Source of the DNA: Camelus ferus
Lineage: Eukaryota
Assembly: GCF_009834535.1 (NCBI RefSeq)
Contig: NC_045697.1
Coordinates: forward strand, 14,076,001-14,140,000
Direction of reading: 5' to 3'
DNA length: 64,000 nt
Below the pieces are notes generated by a model. That model was not told the origin of the DNA. It ran no database searches and saw nothing but the letters and a program-made list of their open reading frames with translations. Positions 13,938-26,254 of this stretch are shown here, piece by piece; the first letter of the stretch is position 1, and the number at the start of each line of letters is the position of its first letter. The translations under genes and the position numbers were made by a program.

Positions 13938-14215
13938 CATGTATCAATGGAAGAGTGGATAAGCAAGTTTGTCTATACAGCGGAATGTTATTTGACAATA
14001 AAAAATTAACTGTGGATACATGCTACAACGGGGGGGAAGGAAAGGGAGTGACTACTCATAAGTGCAAGGTTTCTTCTGGGAGTAATGAAAATATTCTAAA
14101 ATTAGATTATGATGATTGCTACACAACTCTAAATAATCTGAAAACCATTGATATATATGGTTTAAACTGATACTCTTGTAGGTGTGTACATTTTATCTCA
14201 GTAAAGCTGTTAAAA
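13938..14215 (+). mobile_element. Old L1 (L1MB/MC/ME-like) 3' end with internal deletion
   Basis: gagtggataagcaa...gatacatgctacaac joined to gggagtgact...gaaaatattctaaaattagattatgatgattgc...tatctcagtaaagctgtt. Confidence 0.7.
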
Positions 14216-15539
14216 TCTATCTACAAAAATTTTCTCTTTGGGGGGTTTATAATTTGTTCAGATTTGATGTTTGCCAATTTTATTTATCAATCATAGATTT
14301 GTAGGTTTTCTTCAAGTGAAGCTTGTCTTCCACTGAAAATGTTTTCATAATTACCAAGGATCACTTTTTTTGTTGAGATCTATAGATTCTGGGAGGAAAG
14401 TGTGATGATTGGCTATCTTTATAGACCAGAAGTTTTTATAAAGTCAGAATTGAATATACACATGGACAATGACTTTTCATTTACAACAGTTGGGGAGGAG
14501 AAGACAGAATTTTCTGTTCTGAAGTAGTTAGATGTTGCCTAGTCATTCTTGCATGAAGATTTCTGAAACTTTTGTTTCATCTTGTTTTATTACTTGCTTA
14601 TCTTGTTTCTTACTGATAATAAGATTAACTGAAAACTCCACAGTCATATTTGAATGTTCTGGAATCCAAACACAACCTCTCTTTCCTTCTGATTAACTGT
14701 TAAATGCAGCAAAATCCTGTCTTCTTGACATTCACTCCCTGTGATGTCACCCTGTATATACTTGTGTGTCTCTGGTCTCCCCATGCTGGTCTCTTCTTTA
14801 GAAACAAATTTCCATCTCTTCTTAACAAACCTTCCGCATCACTTTTCCTAAGACCCAAATGCCTTCCCCTTGCAAAAGCATTTCCTGATTTATATGTTGC
14901 CTCACTCTTGTCCTGTCTCATTATTTAATTTTCTGATGCATGTCATCTTGAGTTTGTGTTTGCCATGTATTCGTACATACATACTTGGTCTTCTTTACCA
15001 TATTGCAATTATTTTGATGAGAAAATAGCATCACATTTTTGATAAGTCTCAGCAGATGCATAGTGCAATTCCTGACACAAACTCACGGCGCTACATTCAG
15101 AAAATTAGTATTTCTTGGTTGGTATCCATGTCTTATTGACTAGATCATGAAACTCACACATATCCTTGTGCCTCATATTGAGAGAATGAAAGAGTTTTTA
15201 AGCCCATCAGCTGATACCAAGACTATTGTTTGGGCCGAATAAAGATTTTCAGTGACTGTTTTCCACTTGAAATATTAGTAATTACACTAACACAATCATC
15301 CGAACTTTTTTCTTACCTTTATCTTACTGATCTCAGTAAAGATATTTGGATCACAAAAAGAGTATTTTTACTGTATTTTTGGGCAGCAAAGAATAAGTAC
15401 ATGATGGTCTTAATTTACCAGAGTAGATGATGATATTTTCATGTAATATGTCCTGAGAAAGACATCAAGCATCTATTAAGTAAGTAACTTTGCTTGAGAA
15501 CCTAAATGTCACTGAGTGTAATACTAATTCGCTAATCAG

Positions 15540-15860
15540 TTATGGACATTTTTATTTATGCTTTACAGACCACAGCCAGGCACTGTATCAAGCACTGGGG
15601 ATGCAGTGATGAATTAGTCAGTATCTGTTCTCTGGGAACTTTTAGCTCTTGGGGGATGTGTCAACAAGCAAATTAGCAATTAAATCCAGTATATCAGTTA
15701 AGTATAACATGTTAAGGAGCATGAGGAAGGAAGCCTACTCCAGTGGTAGGATATTTCCAAGACAATTTTTAGAACAGAGAATATATAAACTCTGCTCCAG
15801 AGGTTGACTAGAAGGGTTAATGAAGTGAAGGACAACATGTGAATATTCCAGGCAGGGGGA
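15540..15860 (-). mobile_element. L2 fragment
   Basis: gccaggcactgtatcaagcactggggatgcagtgatgaa..., typical L2 3' region in antisense. Confidence 0.55.
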
Positions 15861-15920
15861 AATGGATATACAGAGGCTTGACGGGAAAGCATGCATGTAT
15901 ATTAGATTGTGTACACATAA

Positions 15921-16038
15921 AGTCAGCCCTCAGCCCTCCCTATCCGTGGGTTCCACATCCAATTGTGTATTTATCAGAAAAAAGCCTGCACGTAAGTGGA
16001 CCCATGCAGGTCAAACTCATGTTCAAGTGTCAACTGTG
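15921..16038. mobile_element. Tigger2/MER8-like TcMar DNA transposon relic
   Basis: Ends gtcagccct...tatccgtgggttccacatcc and gtaagtggacccatgcaggtcaaactcatgttcaagtgtcaactg resemble Tigger2-family terminal sequences. Confidence 0.7.
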
Positions 16039-16069
16039 TCTTCCATGAATCCATATATAAACTTGAGAA

Positions 16070-16175
16070 ACTCCATCATTTCACAATATACACATATACT
16101 GAATCATTATGTGGTATACCTGAAGCTAATATAATGTTATATGTCAATTATATTGCAATGCAGAATTTAAAAGAA
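16070..16175 (+). mobile_element. Short L1 3' end
   Basis: catttcacaatatacacatatactgaatcattatgtggtatacctgaagctaatataatgttatatgtcaattatat. Confidence 0.7.
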
Positions 16176-16930
16176 ATTTCATAGCAAAGTTTATTTTGTT
16201 TGGTTTGGTTTTTTGTTTTTGTTTTCTTTTTTTTTTTTTCTATCTACCATCCACAACACTCCAATCAATGACAAAAATGACAAAATGAAATATTTCCAAT
16301 CAATGACAAAATTATTTCTCCCCTTAGGAAACTGGTATGTTTTTATCAGTTCAGTGGTATAATGATCACCTTACCTGCTTGCTTTCTCTTTCTGAGTCTG
16401 AGCTTCTTGAGAGCATACCCATGTTATTCATATATTTTATTTCTAAGAACTAGCAGTGTTTTCAGCTCCACACTTCCATCAATAAATAATTCTTGGAGTG
16501 AGCTGAATTGAACTAATTGAAGTGCTGGAAGGTAACATGTGTGGTGCCTTTGTGTGCTAAGACTGGGCAAGACACTTCACATGCCCACATAGAAAGCGTC
16601 AGATCCTTCAGTCCTTGCAGTAGCTCTGACCAGCAGTGCTTGATATCTCTTCTAGAATTAGAGGAACAGAGCCTAATTCAGAGAGTCTCAGTAACTTGAC
16701 CAATGTCACATGATCACATGGTTTTCTGGAGTGGCGCCAAGGATTGCCATCCAAAACCTGATTCCAGACCTGTCTCAGTACAGGACAGGATACCACTGCA
16801 GACACCCAGGGGTGTTCTCTGGCCATTGTGTTTATCTCTGTGTTCAGATGTGCCAACAAAAACATGGTTATCATAAAACATGGGTTATTAGCTCAGGAGC
16901 CCTTCTCATAAAATGTACACAGGGAGGTCA

Positions 16931-17217
16931 TTTTTTTTTTTAGTTTTATTGAAATATAATTGACACATAATGTTTAAGGAGTACAGTTTGTTGATTTGAT
17001 ACACTTATATATTGCAACATGATTACCACCATAGCTAGCTAATATCTAAATCACCTCATAGTGGTGAGAACACTTAAGATTGATTTTCTTAGCAATTTGG
17101 GGGTATACAGTAACACAATTACTAACTATAATCATCATGCTGTACCTTAGACCCCCCCCAGAACTGGTTCATCTTATAACTCCAAGTCTATACGCTTTGA
17201 CCGACATCTCCCCATTT
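16931..17217 (-). mobile_element. L1MA-like 3' end
   Basis: T-tract, ttttattgaaatataattgaca...gtggtgagaacacttaagat...gaccgacatctccccattt. Confidence 0.8.
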
Positions 17218-17539
17218 AGGGGAGGTTATTTTTTTAAAATCTGTTGTCATGTGCTATTTTTAAAATCTCTCATTACCTGATGGCTCTGTTGAATTAGGTA
17301 TGTCCTCCTTGAATGCACTTAATTGGAGTGCTTATATGTAACCCAAATGGTGAGTTAAATATGACTTGCAAAGATCAGTGCTAATATGAGACAATGCTAT
17401 GGTACAATTTTGAAGAGAAGAAAGAGAAAGCATAAAAATTATTTACATTGTGAATTATTTATTATTTCAAGATTAGTGTCCTGGTTGTAAGGTTTTACAT
17501 TATGCAAAAAAACAAAAAAATAGTCTTTAAAATAACCTC

Positions 17540-17660
17540 TCAAAACATTCTGGAGTTGGATGATGGTGATGTTATACAACAATGTGTGGGTGTAGTTAGT
17601 GCCAGTGAACTGTACGCTTAAAATGGTAAATGTCATTCTGTGTATATTTCACCACTGTGA
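17540..17660 (+). mobile_element. Old L1 3' end fragment
   Basis: aaaacattctggagttggatgatggtgatg...gaactgtacgcttaaaatggtaaat. Confidence 0.7.
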
Positions 17661-17889
17661 AGAAATCGGCCTCTTATCCAGCCCTTGTCTCTGGTCAGAG
17701 AACTAGGTATATTCTTTTTGGCTTTAATGGTTCTTTTCATTTTATTTCCTGTTGACATTCACTACTTTCCAACTGGATGCACATAAAGGAAGGCCATGCT
17801 TACAGATCAAACAAAAACTTGAATATACCACTTATTGGAGATGTTCCAGTGGGCTACTTATTACGTGGGTTCCAAAGACAACGGGAATA

Positions 17890-18057
17890 ACAGTTATCTA
17901 GCAGACCTGATTTGTTAACAACACAGGTTCCTGGACCTTCCCTAAGAGATATGGCCTGGCATCTCTGGTGGAAGCAGGAAGCCTGTTTTTTAAAACAACC
18001 TCCCCAGGGGATTCTTTTGGGTGATCATAGAACCACGCTTTGAAACCACAGCTCCAG
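17890..18057. mobile_element. MER5A-like hAT DNA transposon relic
   Basis: tttttaaaacaacctccccaggggattct...gaaccacgctttgaaaccac resembles the MER5 end. Confidence 0.5.
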
Positions 18058-18094
18058 GGTCATTGAACTACAGAAGCCACTGCCTTTGTGAAGC

Positions 18095-18330
18095 AGGGCA
18101 GCAGCGGTTAAGTGTATGAGGTTTGGAGAACAGCAGAGCCAAGTTCAAATCCCTGCTACACCGCTTACTGACTGTATGGCTGCAGCTAGATTATGTAACC
18201 TCCGTAAATGTCAGTTCCTTGCCTCCAAATGGAAATAAAAGAGTACTTTCTGATATGATTACAGAAACCCTTAAATAAATCACAGTGTGTTGCCTGGGAG
18301 TTAATAATTGCCTGATGCATGTTAGCTTTG
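18095..18330. mobile_element. MIR SINE
   Basis: gttcaaatccctgctacaccgcttactgactgtatg...ttatgtaacctcc...cagttcctt...aaatggaaataaaagagtac. Confidence 0.7.
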
Positions 18331-19924
18331 AGTATTATCTTATTTCATCCATTCTAAATTGAACACAGGTTCACACTGGAGTATCTGTGGAGTTGGTAAA
18401 TTGTGTAAAATCTTCTATTCACACTTTTTATTAAGTGCAAGAGGGCACTGTTATCAAAGCATATTAGAGATTAGAAGAAAAACAGATGTATAGTATTACT
18501 GCTGCGTTCAGGAAAGCTCTGGTTGCTGAGTACAGGAGGTGCTGCAGGTCCCTGTGACAACACAGTGTTCAGTGGAGGAACAGCACCCGTGATCCCTCAA
18601 AAGAGACCTTTCTTACATCTGACTTGGTGTGACACAGGAACCTCTTCTACACAGGATTTTATTAAAACCAAGAAGAGAAGGGTTATATGTCGAACACAGC
18701 GCTGTTTATCAAGAAGCGGCTGTCACGTAGTTGGTTAAAAACATACCATGTAAGAAGCAGAGAATTATCACAAAGCAATGATGACATCAGATTTTATGCT
18801 GTCAATGCTTTTGAATGCATGAATGAGAGAACAGAAGTGAGAGTGTGGAAAGCACACAGCTGACTTTCCAACCTTCAGATATTGAAATCTAGAGTGCACT
18901 ATGCCTCGGTTCTTGGGGAAAATAACCTGCAAATATGAAATTCGTCAGTGCACACCATCTGAAAGGAGATTTATATGTGCAGCGCCTAGTTCGGATCTCA
19001 CTGTGGTGCAAAGACTGGTGAGTCTGTGCTTCTCCCTCTGACCTCTTTACTGAGCTCTAGTTTAATGTCTCCAAGACTTTGTGAAACACTGGCATTTACC
19101 TCTCCTGTGTTGCCGTGACATCAGTATATTTAAAGTCCTTTCGGGAATCCAGCTTCCTTTCCTGAGTTCCCCTGGCTGTGTCTGTATTGCTAGATTTTGC
19201 TAGTTGTCAGGGCTCCAGCCACAGGTTTGTACTTATCTCCCCCCTTCCTTACTCACACACATCCAGCAAGTTGCCATGTTTTGTAAGATTTTTTTTTTCA
19301 GAAGTTCTTTTTCTTTTCTCTACCTCCTTTCCATAAACTTTTGCTTATTAAAGGCTGGTCATATGGCAGGAATTCTATAGACACAAGATAAACTAAAACC
19401 TCCACCTTTCCATTTTGGAAATATAACTGTAGTGCCAATGTGGAGGATGCATTGGAAGGGGTCATACATTGTGGCACAGACATCAGTTTGGAATTGCAGC
19501 CGTGGATGAAATGGTGATAACTGTTCCACGGGGATCATGGCAGTAGAGAACACGAAGAAGGGGCTTGATTGAAGACGCTGCTGGGGTCGTTTTGTGAATG
19601 CGTTGCATGTGGTAGAAGCGGGAAGATCCAAAATGGAAAACTTCAGGGTTTCCCGGCTGATGACCATGACGACTGCTTCTCAGCCCTGGCTCTGGGAGAC
19701 CTAAATCTTTCCAACCGTGCAGATACCAAGTACGTAGAACCTTTCCTTTTGAAATCATTTATGTCCACCTTTGTTCATATCCAGCCTATCGAGATTAGCT
19801 TTAGAATGGGACACCTCTTTATCATGTCAGGAAATGAAGAGACCAGTCTTTTAATTTTCAGGGCATCAGTATTTTTAATTCATGAGCCAAATTCCAGATT
19901 ATGCCTGAGCATTTGCAGTAACAT

Positions 19925-21716
19925 TTTTTTTGTATTTTCCAAGGTTTATTGACATATAACATGATATTCATTTAATGTGGACAACAGAATTATTCAAAAT
20001 ATTACAAAATGATCACTGCAATAAGTTTGTTGACATCCTCACATAGTTAAAACATTTTTTTGATAAGAACTTTTAAGATTTACCTTCTTGGTGTCTTCAG
20101 ATATACAGTACATTACTGTTAAATATAGTCACCGTGTACTTTACATCCCAGGAACATAGTAATCTTGTAACTGGGGGTTTGTACCTTTTGACTACCGTCA
20201 CCCATTTCTCCCATCTCCCGCTTCCCACCTCGGGCAACCACCAATCTTTTCTCTCTTTCCATGTGTTTCACTTTTATTTGATTCCACATCTAAGTGAGAT
20301 CATATAGTATTTGTCTTTCTGTGTTCGACTTATTGCGCTTAGCATGTGCCCTCAGGGTCTGTCCATGCAGGATTTCCTTCCGTGTCATGGCTCAGTGATA
20401 CTCCTGTGTGTGTGTGCGCGCGCGCGTGTGTATGTGCGTGTGCGTGTGTGTGTATTTGCATTCATTTTTTTATCCATTCACCCTCTGATGGGCACTTAGG
20501 TTGTTTCTGTGTCTTGGCTACTGTGAATAATGCTGCAGTGAACATGGAGTTGCAGATGTCCTTTCAAGTGAGTGATTTTGTTTCCACCGAATCTGCACCC
20601 AGGAGCAGGATTGCTGGATCATATGGTAGATCTAGTTTTAGTCTATTGAGAACCTGCTGTACTGTTTTCCTTAGTGGCTGCACCAAGTTACATTCCCTCC
20701 CACAGAGCAAAAGTATTCCTTTTCCTCCACACCTTGCCGGCACGTGTTATGCATTGTCCTTTTGATAACAGCCATTCTGAGAGGGGTGAGGTGATATCTC
20801 ATTGTGATTTTGATTTACATTTTCCTAATTGTTAGTGATGTTGAGCATCTTTTCATGTGCCTTTATGTCTTCCTTGGAAAATGTCTATCCAGGTCCTCTG
20901 CCCATTTTTCTATTGGGTCATTTGTTTCTCTGTTATTTGGTAGTATTACTTTTTTGCATGTTACGGATATTAATCCCTTATCAAATATGTTTGGCAAATA
21001 TTTTCTCCCATTCTGTAGATTGCCTCTTCATTTTTTGATGGTTTTCTTTGCTGTGCAGAAGCTTTTTAGTTTGATGTAGTCCCACTTGTTTATTTTTTGC
21101 TTTTGTTGCCTTTACTGTTGGTGTCAAACCTAAAAAGGTCATTGCTAAAACCAATGTCAAGGTGTTTACCATCTATGTTTTCTTCTAGGAGTTTTATGGT
21201 TTCAAATCTTATGTCGAAGTCTTGAATGCATTTTGAGTTCATTTCTATGTATGATGTTAGTGGTCCGGTTTCATTCCGTCGCATGTGGCAGTGCAGTTTT
21301 CCAAAACCACTTATTGAAGAGATTGTCCTTTCTCCATTGAATGTTCTTTGCTCTTTTGTCATAAATTAATGTTCCATATATGTACGGATTCATTTCTGGG
21401 CTCTCAATTCTGTTCCATTGATCTGTCTGTTTTTCTGCCAATACCTTGCTGTTTTTATCACTATAGCTTTGTAGTATAGCTTGAAATCAGCGAATGTGAT
21501 GCCTCCACCTCTGTTCTTCTGTCTCAGGATGACATTGACTATTCAGGGTTTTTTGTGGTTCCAAAGTCATTTTAGTATTGTTTGTTCTATTTTTGTGAAA
21601 AATGCCACTGGAATTTTTATAAGGATTGCATTGAATTTGTAGATCACTTTGGATATTCTAGCAATATTAGTTCTTCTAATCCATGAGCATGTAATATCCT
21701 TCCATTTATTTGTGTC
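19925..21716 (-). mobile_element. L1 (3' UTR plus ORF2 C-terminal part), decayed
   Basis: ORF-track peptides 20981..21172 ([17 protein letters not shown]) and 21090..21362 resemble L1 ORF2. Frameshifted. 3' UTR at 19925-20350. Confidence 0.92.
20405..20455. repeat. Alternating purine-pyrimidine (TG)n(CG)5(TG)n microsatellite inside L1
   Basis: tgtgtgtgtgtgcgcgcgcgcgtgtgtatgtgcgtgtgcgtgtgtgtgtat, 51 bp of unbroken alternation. Confidence 0.9.
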
Positions 21717-22324
21717 CAAAAAATTACAAAGCCAGTATATTCTATGTCCCAGCTCCCCAATTACCAGTTGTTTTCTATGAACACTTTTTGTACTTTTTGT
21801 ATTTTGATATTCCCTTACTCAGAAAATTTGAGTGGTTCCAAACTTTCCTCAAGATGACAAACACCTTAACTTGCATCAAAGACCTTATATCTGGAACTAA
21901 GCCCAACCCTCAACTTTTATGATTTAATGCTCTCCAAAAAGAATTGCCTCGGTTGCTGGAGACCCACCATTTCTCCACAACACTGCCCAGTGCCACTCGC
22001 TGCCTGCTCTGAAATTCAATTTCCAGATTAATCTTCCTAAAAATCAACTCCAGTCAAGCCATTTTCCTACTCTGAAACACATTTTTCTACTCTATTGCTT
22101 CGTGATATAATTACAAACTCTTCCCTTGGCAGCTTCATTCCGCCAACTCAGTGGTTCTGACTCATTTTTCTCATTTCCCATAGTTCACAGAAGAATGCAC
22201 TCCCATCAGTAATGGCTCACATTGTCTATGATGGTCTTCAAGGAGCAGAGCAGATATATTTAGGGGCACATAGCAAAGTCTCCGAGTAAAATAATTGTAA
22301 CCTGTGTTTAAACAACACCTCTAG

Positions 22325-22550
22325 AGTAACCACTGTGTGTCAGGTACTTTTTGATCACTTTAAGAGCATGATTTCATTGAATCCACCTAACAGTCCTATG
22401 ATATAGGCACTGTTATTGTTTCATTTTACAGATGAAAAAACTGAGGTACAGAAAACATATGCAATTTTCCCAAAGTCGCATGGTTCATAAATGGCAGAGC
22501 TAAAGAATTCAACCTCAAATAGTCTCAGTCTGCAGCCCATGCCCTTAGTT
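22325..22550. mobile_element. MIR SINE
   Basis: Core cattttacagatgaaaaaactgaggtacagaaa...ttcccaaagtcgcatgg...aaatggcagagc. Confidence 0.85.
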
Positions 22551-23649
22551 CCTCCAGCATTCTTCCCCTCTCCTTGGATTTCGGCCACCCACCCCTACCA
22601 GCACTGGGGGATGAGAACTGCCAAGCTCAGTCATTTTAATCATGTTCCAAAAAATCCCCTTTCTGTTTTGAAAGTGGCCTGAATCAGTCAATCCTCCAAT
22701 AACTGTTCCTCTCTGGTCTCCTGAATCACTTTTCTCAGATACCACTCATGCTTACTTACCCTGTACCAGCTCTGTTGTCATCAGACAGTGAGACATAAAT
22801 CACATCTCTCTAACTAGACTGAAAAATTCCCACAACCAAACTCATAACAGACACGACAAATTCTCATTTCCCAATTTTGTTTATAGTTCCTCTATTCTGG
22901 ATTCAGAATGACTTCTGTCTCCTCTCTCTTCCCTGCCTGATCCGTATCTACATACAATTCACTTCTAAGCTTTGGTTCTTCATGCATCCCTGATGCCATT
23001 CTTAATAGTCTGCACCTTTTCTGTCTATAGGCTGGGAGATGCCTCATCCGTGAACCAGCCCAGGGCAAGCGAGTATTATATTGATGGTTATTATATTGTA
23101 TGATATCCTCACTAGTTCCTCCCCAACTATCATAGAAGTCTTGTAGCCAGTCATCCACATTTGAGTCTTTGACCCCCGTGTTCATTCTAAGTTTCATTGC
23201 CAGTTTAATCTAGGGAAGAGCCTCTGTCCTGCTTCCGTCCACCACTGTCCCCCTCTCCCAGCGTCTGCTGAAATAAGCACTCACTCTTCAATCAGGACCA
23301 ATGTGTCTGCTCATCACACCACTGACTTTTCCTTCTAACCTCAGCTCCTATTACTGCACTGCGTGTTATACCTTCTAAGCAAACCAGACCAAAAGCTGCT
23401 CTCATGAAAAGTTCTGTTTTTCCACCTCCATACACTCTCTTGTGCCATTTATTTCACATAAAAGTGCAAATGATGTAAGTCAGAGGCTAGGATAAATTAA
23501 GAAAAATATCTCCTAACTTTTAAGCCTTAAGAAGGACATACTGAGATGACTTAAGTAGCCCCCGTGTCATCCTTAGAAGTCCCTGCATCTTGGCTCAACA
23601 TTTACCTGGATTTCCTCTACATCTACTTTAACTCTTTGTATCATTGTTT

Positions 23650-23830
23650 AGCACTAACACCTGACATCTCTGAAGCTTCGTTTCTTTAATAATAATAATA
23701 ATAATAATAATAGCAGTAATAGTGATACCTACTTCACAAGATGGCTGTGTGGATTAAAGAATGTAAATTTCATATTATATTATTTCTAAAAATTTAAGCA
23801 TTACACACAGCAGGTACTGACAACTTGTTA
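23650..23830. mobile_element. MIR fragment with expanded (AAT)n at 23688-23712
   Basis: tctctgaagcttcgtttcttt-(aat)n-...gatacctacttcacaagatggctgtgtggattaaa. Confidence 0.6.
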
Positions 23831-26182
23831 AGTTTCTTCCTCTGTTCTTGGGTGAACATTGCTCACTTGACTGAAGTTCCCTGCTGGAGTGAGCTGGGTG
23901 CAGGAGCAGAGACCCCATGGAATAGTCTACGCAGGGGGCAGAGGCACATAAACCATTGACTTTAGGGAGGCTCTGATCCTGACCATCCCTCTCTATTATG
24001 TCAAAAGAAAAGATGGTAAGTGTTAGCAGAATAAAACCCTTCTCTGCCCTAGAATTCTGCCTACGGGAATCAAAAGGGCTAAGATCAAATCCAGAAGGGA
24101 TGCTGTTCTGACTGTGTGTTTCAGTGCTCTTCAGTGATGTCTCTATGAGCCACCTAAGGTCATCCTCCTGACTTTCCTCCCACCACACCCTCCCCCCGTT
24201 TGAGACCACGACCCTAGAACAACTGAGCCTATAAACTGAGAAGAGCTGGGATCGCAGGTGGCGAATGAAATGACCCCAGCTGGTGGGAGGTGAAGACTGC
24301 AGAGCTTGGGAAGCCGGCAAGATCTGAGGCCAACCTCTCCGCCATTTCTAGGCACCTACAGGCTCTAATGCAGGCTTTGTTTTCAGAGAAGTCGGGAAAA
24401 AAAAAGTGATGAGAAAACATTGACTTGACACACAACAGTAAAAACGTTGATTTTCAGGGAGTGCTATAGATTTAAATGTGCTTGAATTCAATTTTTTCTC
24501 TCCTCATTTCTTACTACTTTCTGATTTTTCCTTCTCCAGTATCTCTCTTTACCTTCTTCTAGCTCAGCAGCCTCTTTTGAGCACTGTTTCTAGCATCAAG
24601 GCTTTTAAATATATACTATTAAACATTTGTAACTCGATGTCATTAAACAAAGGAAGGAAGTCAGTCTGAATCAATGACAAGCTGGAGAAATAAGCAATTT
24701 TGGGGGAAATGAATTTTTATTACTCTTAAGAATATACAGAAGCGATTGAAAGTTACAGAGCTACATCACTTAGGAAATGAATGGCTGCCTTAACCCCTAC
24801 ATAAGCACGTACTGCAAATGTATTGTTTGTAATAAATCATGTGTGTGTTTTTCTTTTCTGTTCGCTAAGGACCTTTACTCTTTCAATAGACTACCATTTA
24901 TTCCTTTACAGATTGCTTAGCAAACATTTTTTTTATTTGAACGTTGCGGATATTGAGATATAAATGCAAATCTCAGTTGTTTAAAACTCAGTGCTAATGA
25001 GGTCAAAACCACACACTAAATCTCTGCATCTGCCAGTTCTCTCTGTTGCATGGCCACAAGTGTGTGAGCAACCCACTCTGGTCCTAAGAAGTGTTGGGGG
25101 AGAGGGTGCGGACGAATCCGTCCACTGTGCCTCCACATAATTGGAAAATGGCTCTGTTTCATCAGCCATGCACCTGTGGTCAGTAGCTTCATCTTTCTTT
25201 GTGAGCGTCAGTTATCTTAGAATTTTAAAGATAATTTTTGTGCCCTCATTGTTACTTTAACAGTTTTTTTTATTTGATAGTTCGGCTTTCTGTTATGTGG
25301 TAGCATTGCTTAAAGTGTTCTGTTTTCAGTGACATTTCTTGTGTGTGTGTATTTATATCCAACGGGTTAAGGCTACTAATACTGTGAGCTCACAGAACTG
25401 CCTCTGAACTCTGAAGGGAAAATAATGATCCATTTCACGAGATGAGTGATTTTTACAAACTCTCATTTCTACTCAAAGAGTGCTTTTTCCCCTTGATTAA
25501 AATGTATTTCTCAATTAAATTAAAATGCAAATATAGACAGTCTGTGTTTATGGTTATAATAGAATTATTTAAAGAAGGTTCTAAATCAACCTGCTGTTAA
25601 TATTTCATGCAAGAACTGTGGGTTTTATTGTCGGGCCACTGTTGCCATGTTCCATTTTCAAGATTACTGAAAGCACGATGAAAACCTAATCTTATGGCCC
25701 AGGTTTTATCAGTTCTTGCCCAGTCTTGCCTAGGATGGACTATTTCCCTATATACTTCTGAAGTTATGTTAGTGATGTTGGAGAAATATCAAGTTCTAAA
25801 ACCAGAGCTCCTTGAAGTTGTTATGAACAATTTTTTATTTGTTTTAAGGAAATATTGTATTACACAGAGGTGAATCAGCTCTTAAATTTAAGAGAACCAT
25901 ATTTAATAATTTATTATGAAATTAAAGATCTGAAACTCTACTTCAAGAAATTATTTAGTCCAACTTTTCATTTATACTCATATATTATTCATGTGTATTA
26001 TATTATATTTCTAATGCAAGTATTAGAAATGGCATCTAATGCTGTGGATTTAACTATGATCCTTTAGTATTTCTCAGCTTTCTTTTTTTCAAAGTGCTCT
26101 ACCACCTCTCAAACACATTGTGATTAAAATAATTCTTAAGTAGTATTTATAACTTGATCTTTTTCTTTTTTGTTATTTTTAG

Positions 26183-26254
26183 TGACCTCAGTGAAAACCA
26201 AATTCAGGCAATTCCAAGGAAAGCTTTCCGTGGGGCAGTTGATATTAAAAATCT
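26183..26254 (+). CDS. SLIT2: SLIT2 coding exon (approx. exon 5), one LRR: (L)[23 protein letters not shown](L)
   Basis: Polypyrimidine tract and ttttag acceptor (AG 26181-26182), 72 nt, donor CT/gtaagt. LxxLxLxxNxL-type LRR peptide matching SLIT2. Phase 2-2. Confidence 0.97.

Noticed and set aside
23775..24320. Longest ORF in the track (181 aa, minus strand) as a nested antisense gene
   Set aside because: No recognisable domain, serine/leucine-rich composition typical of random ORFs, and no supporting exon or promoter structure.
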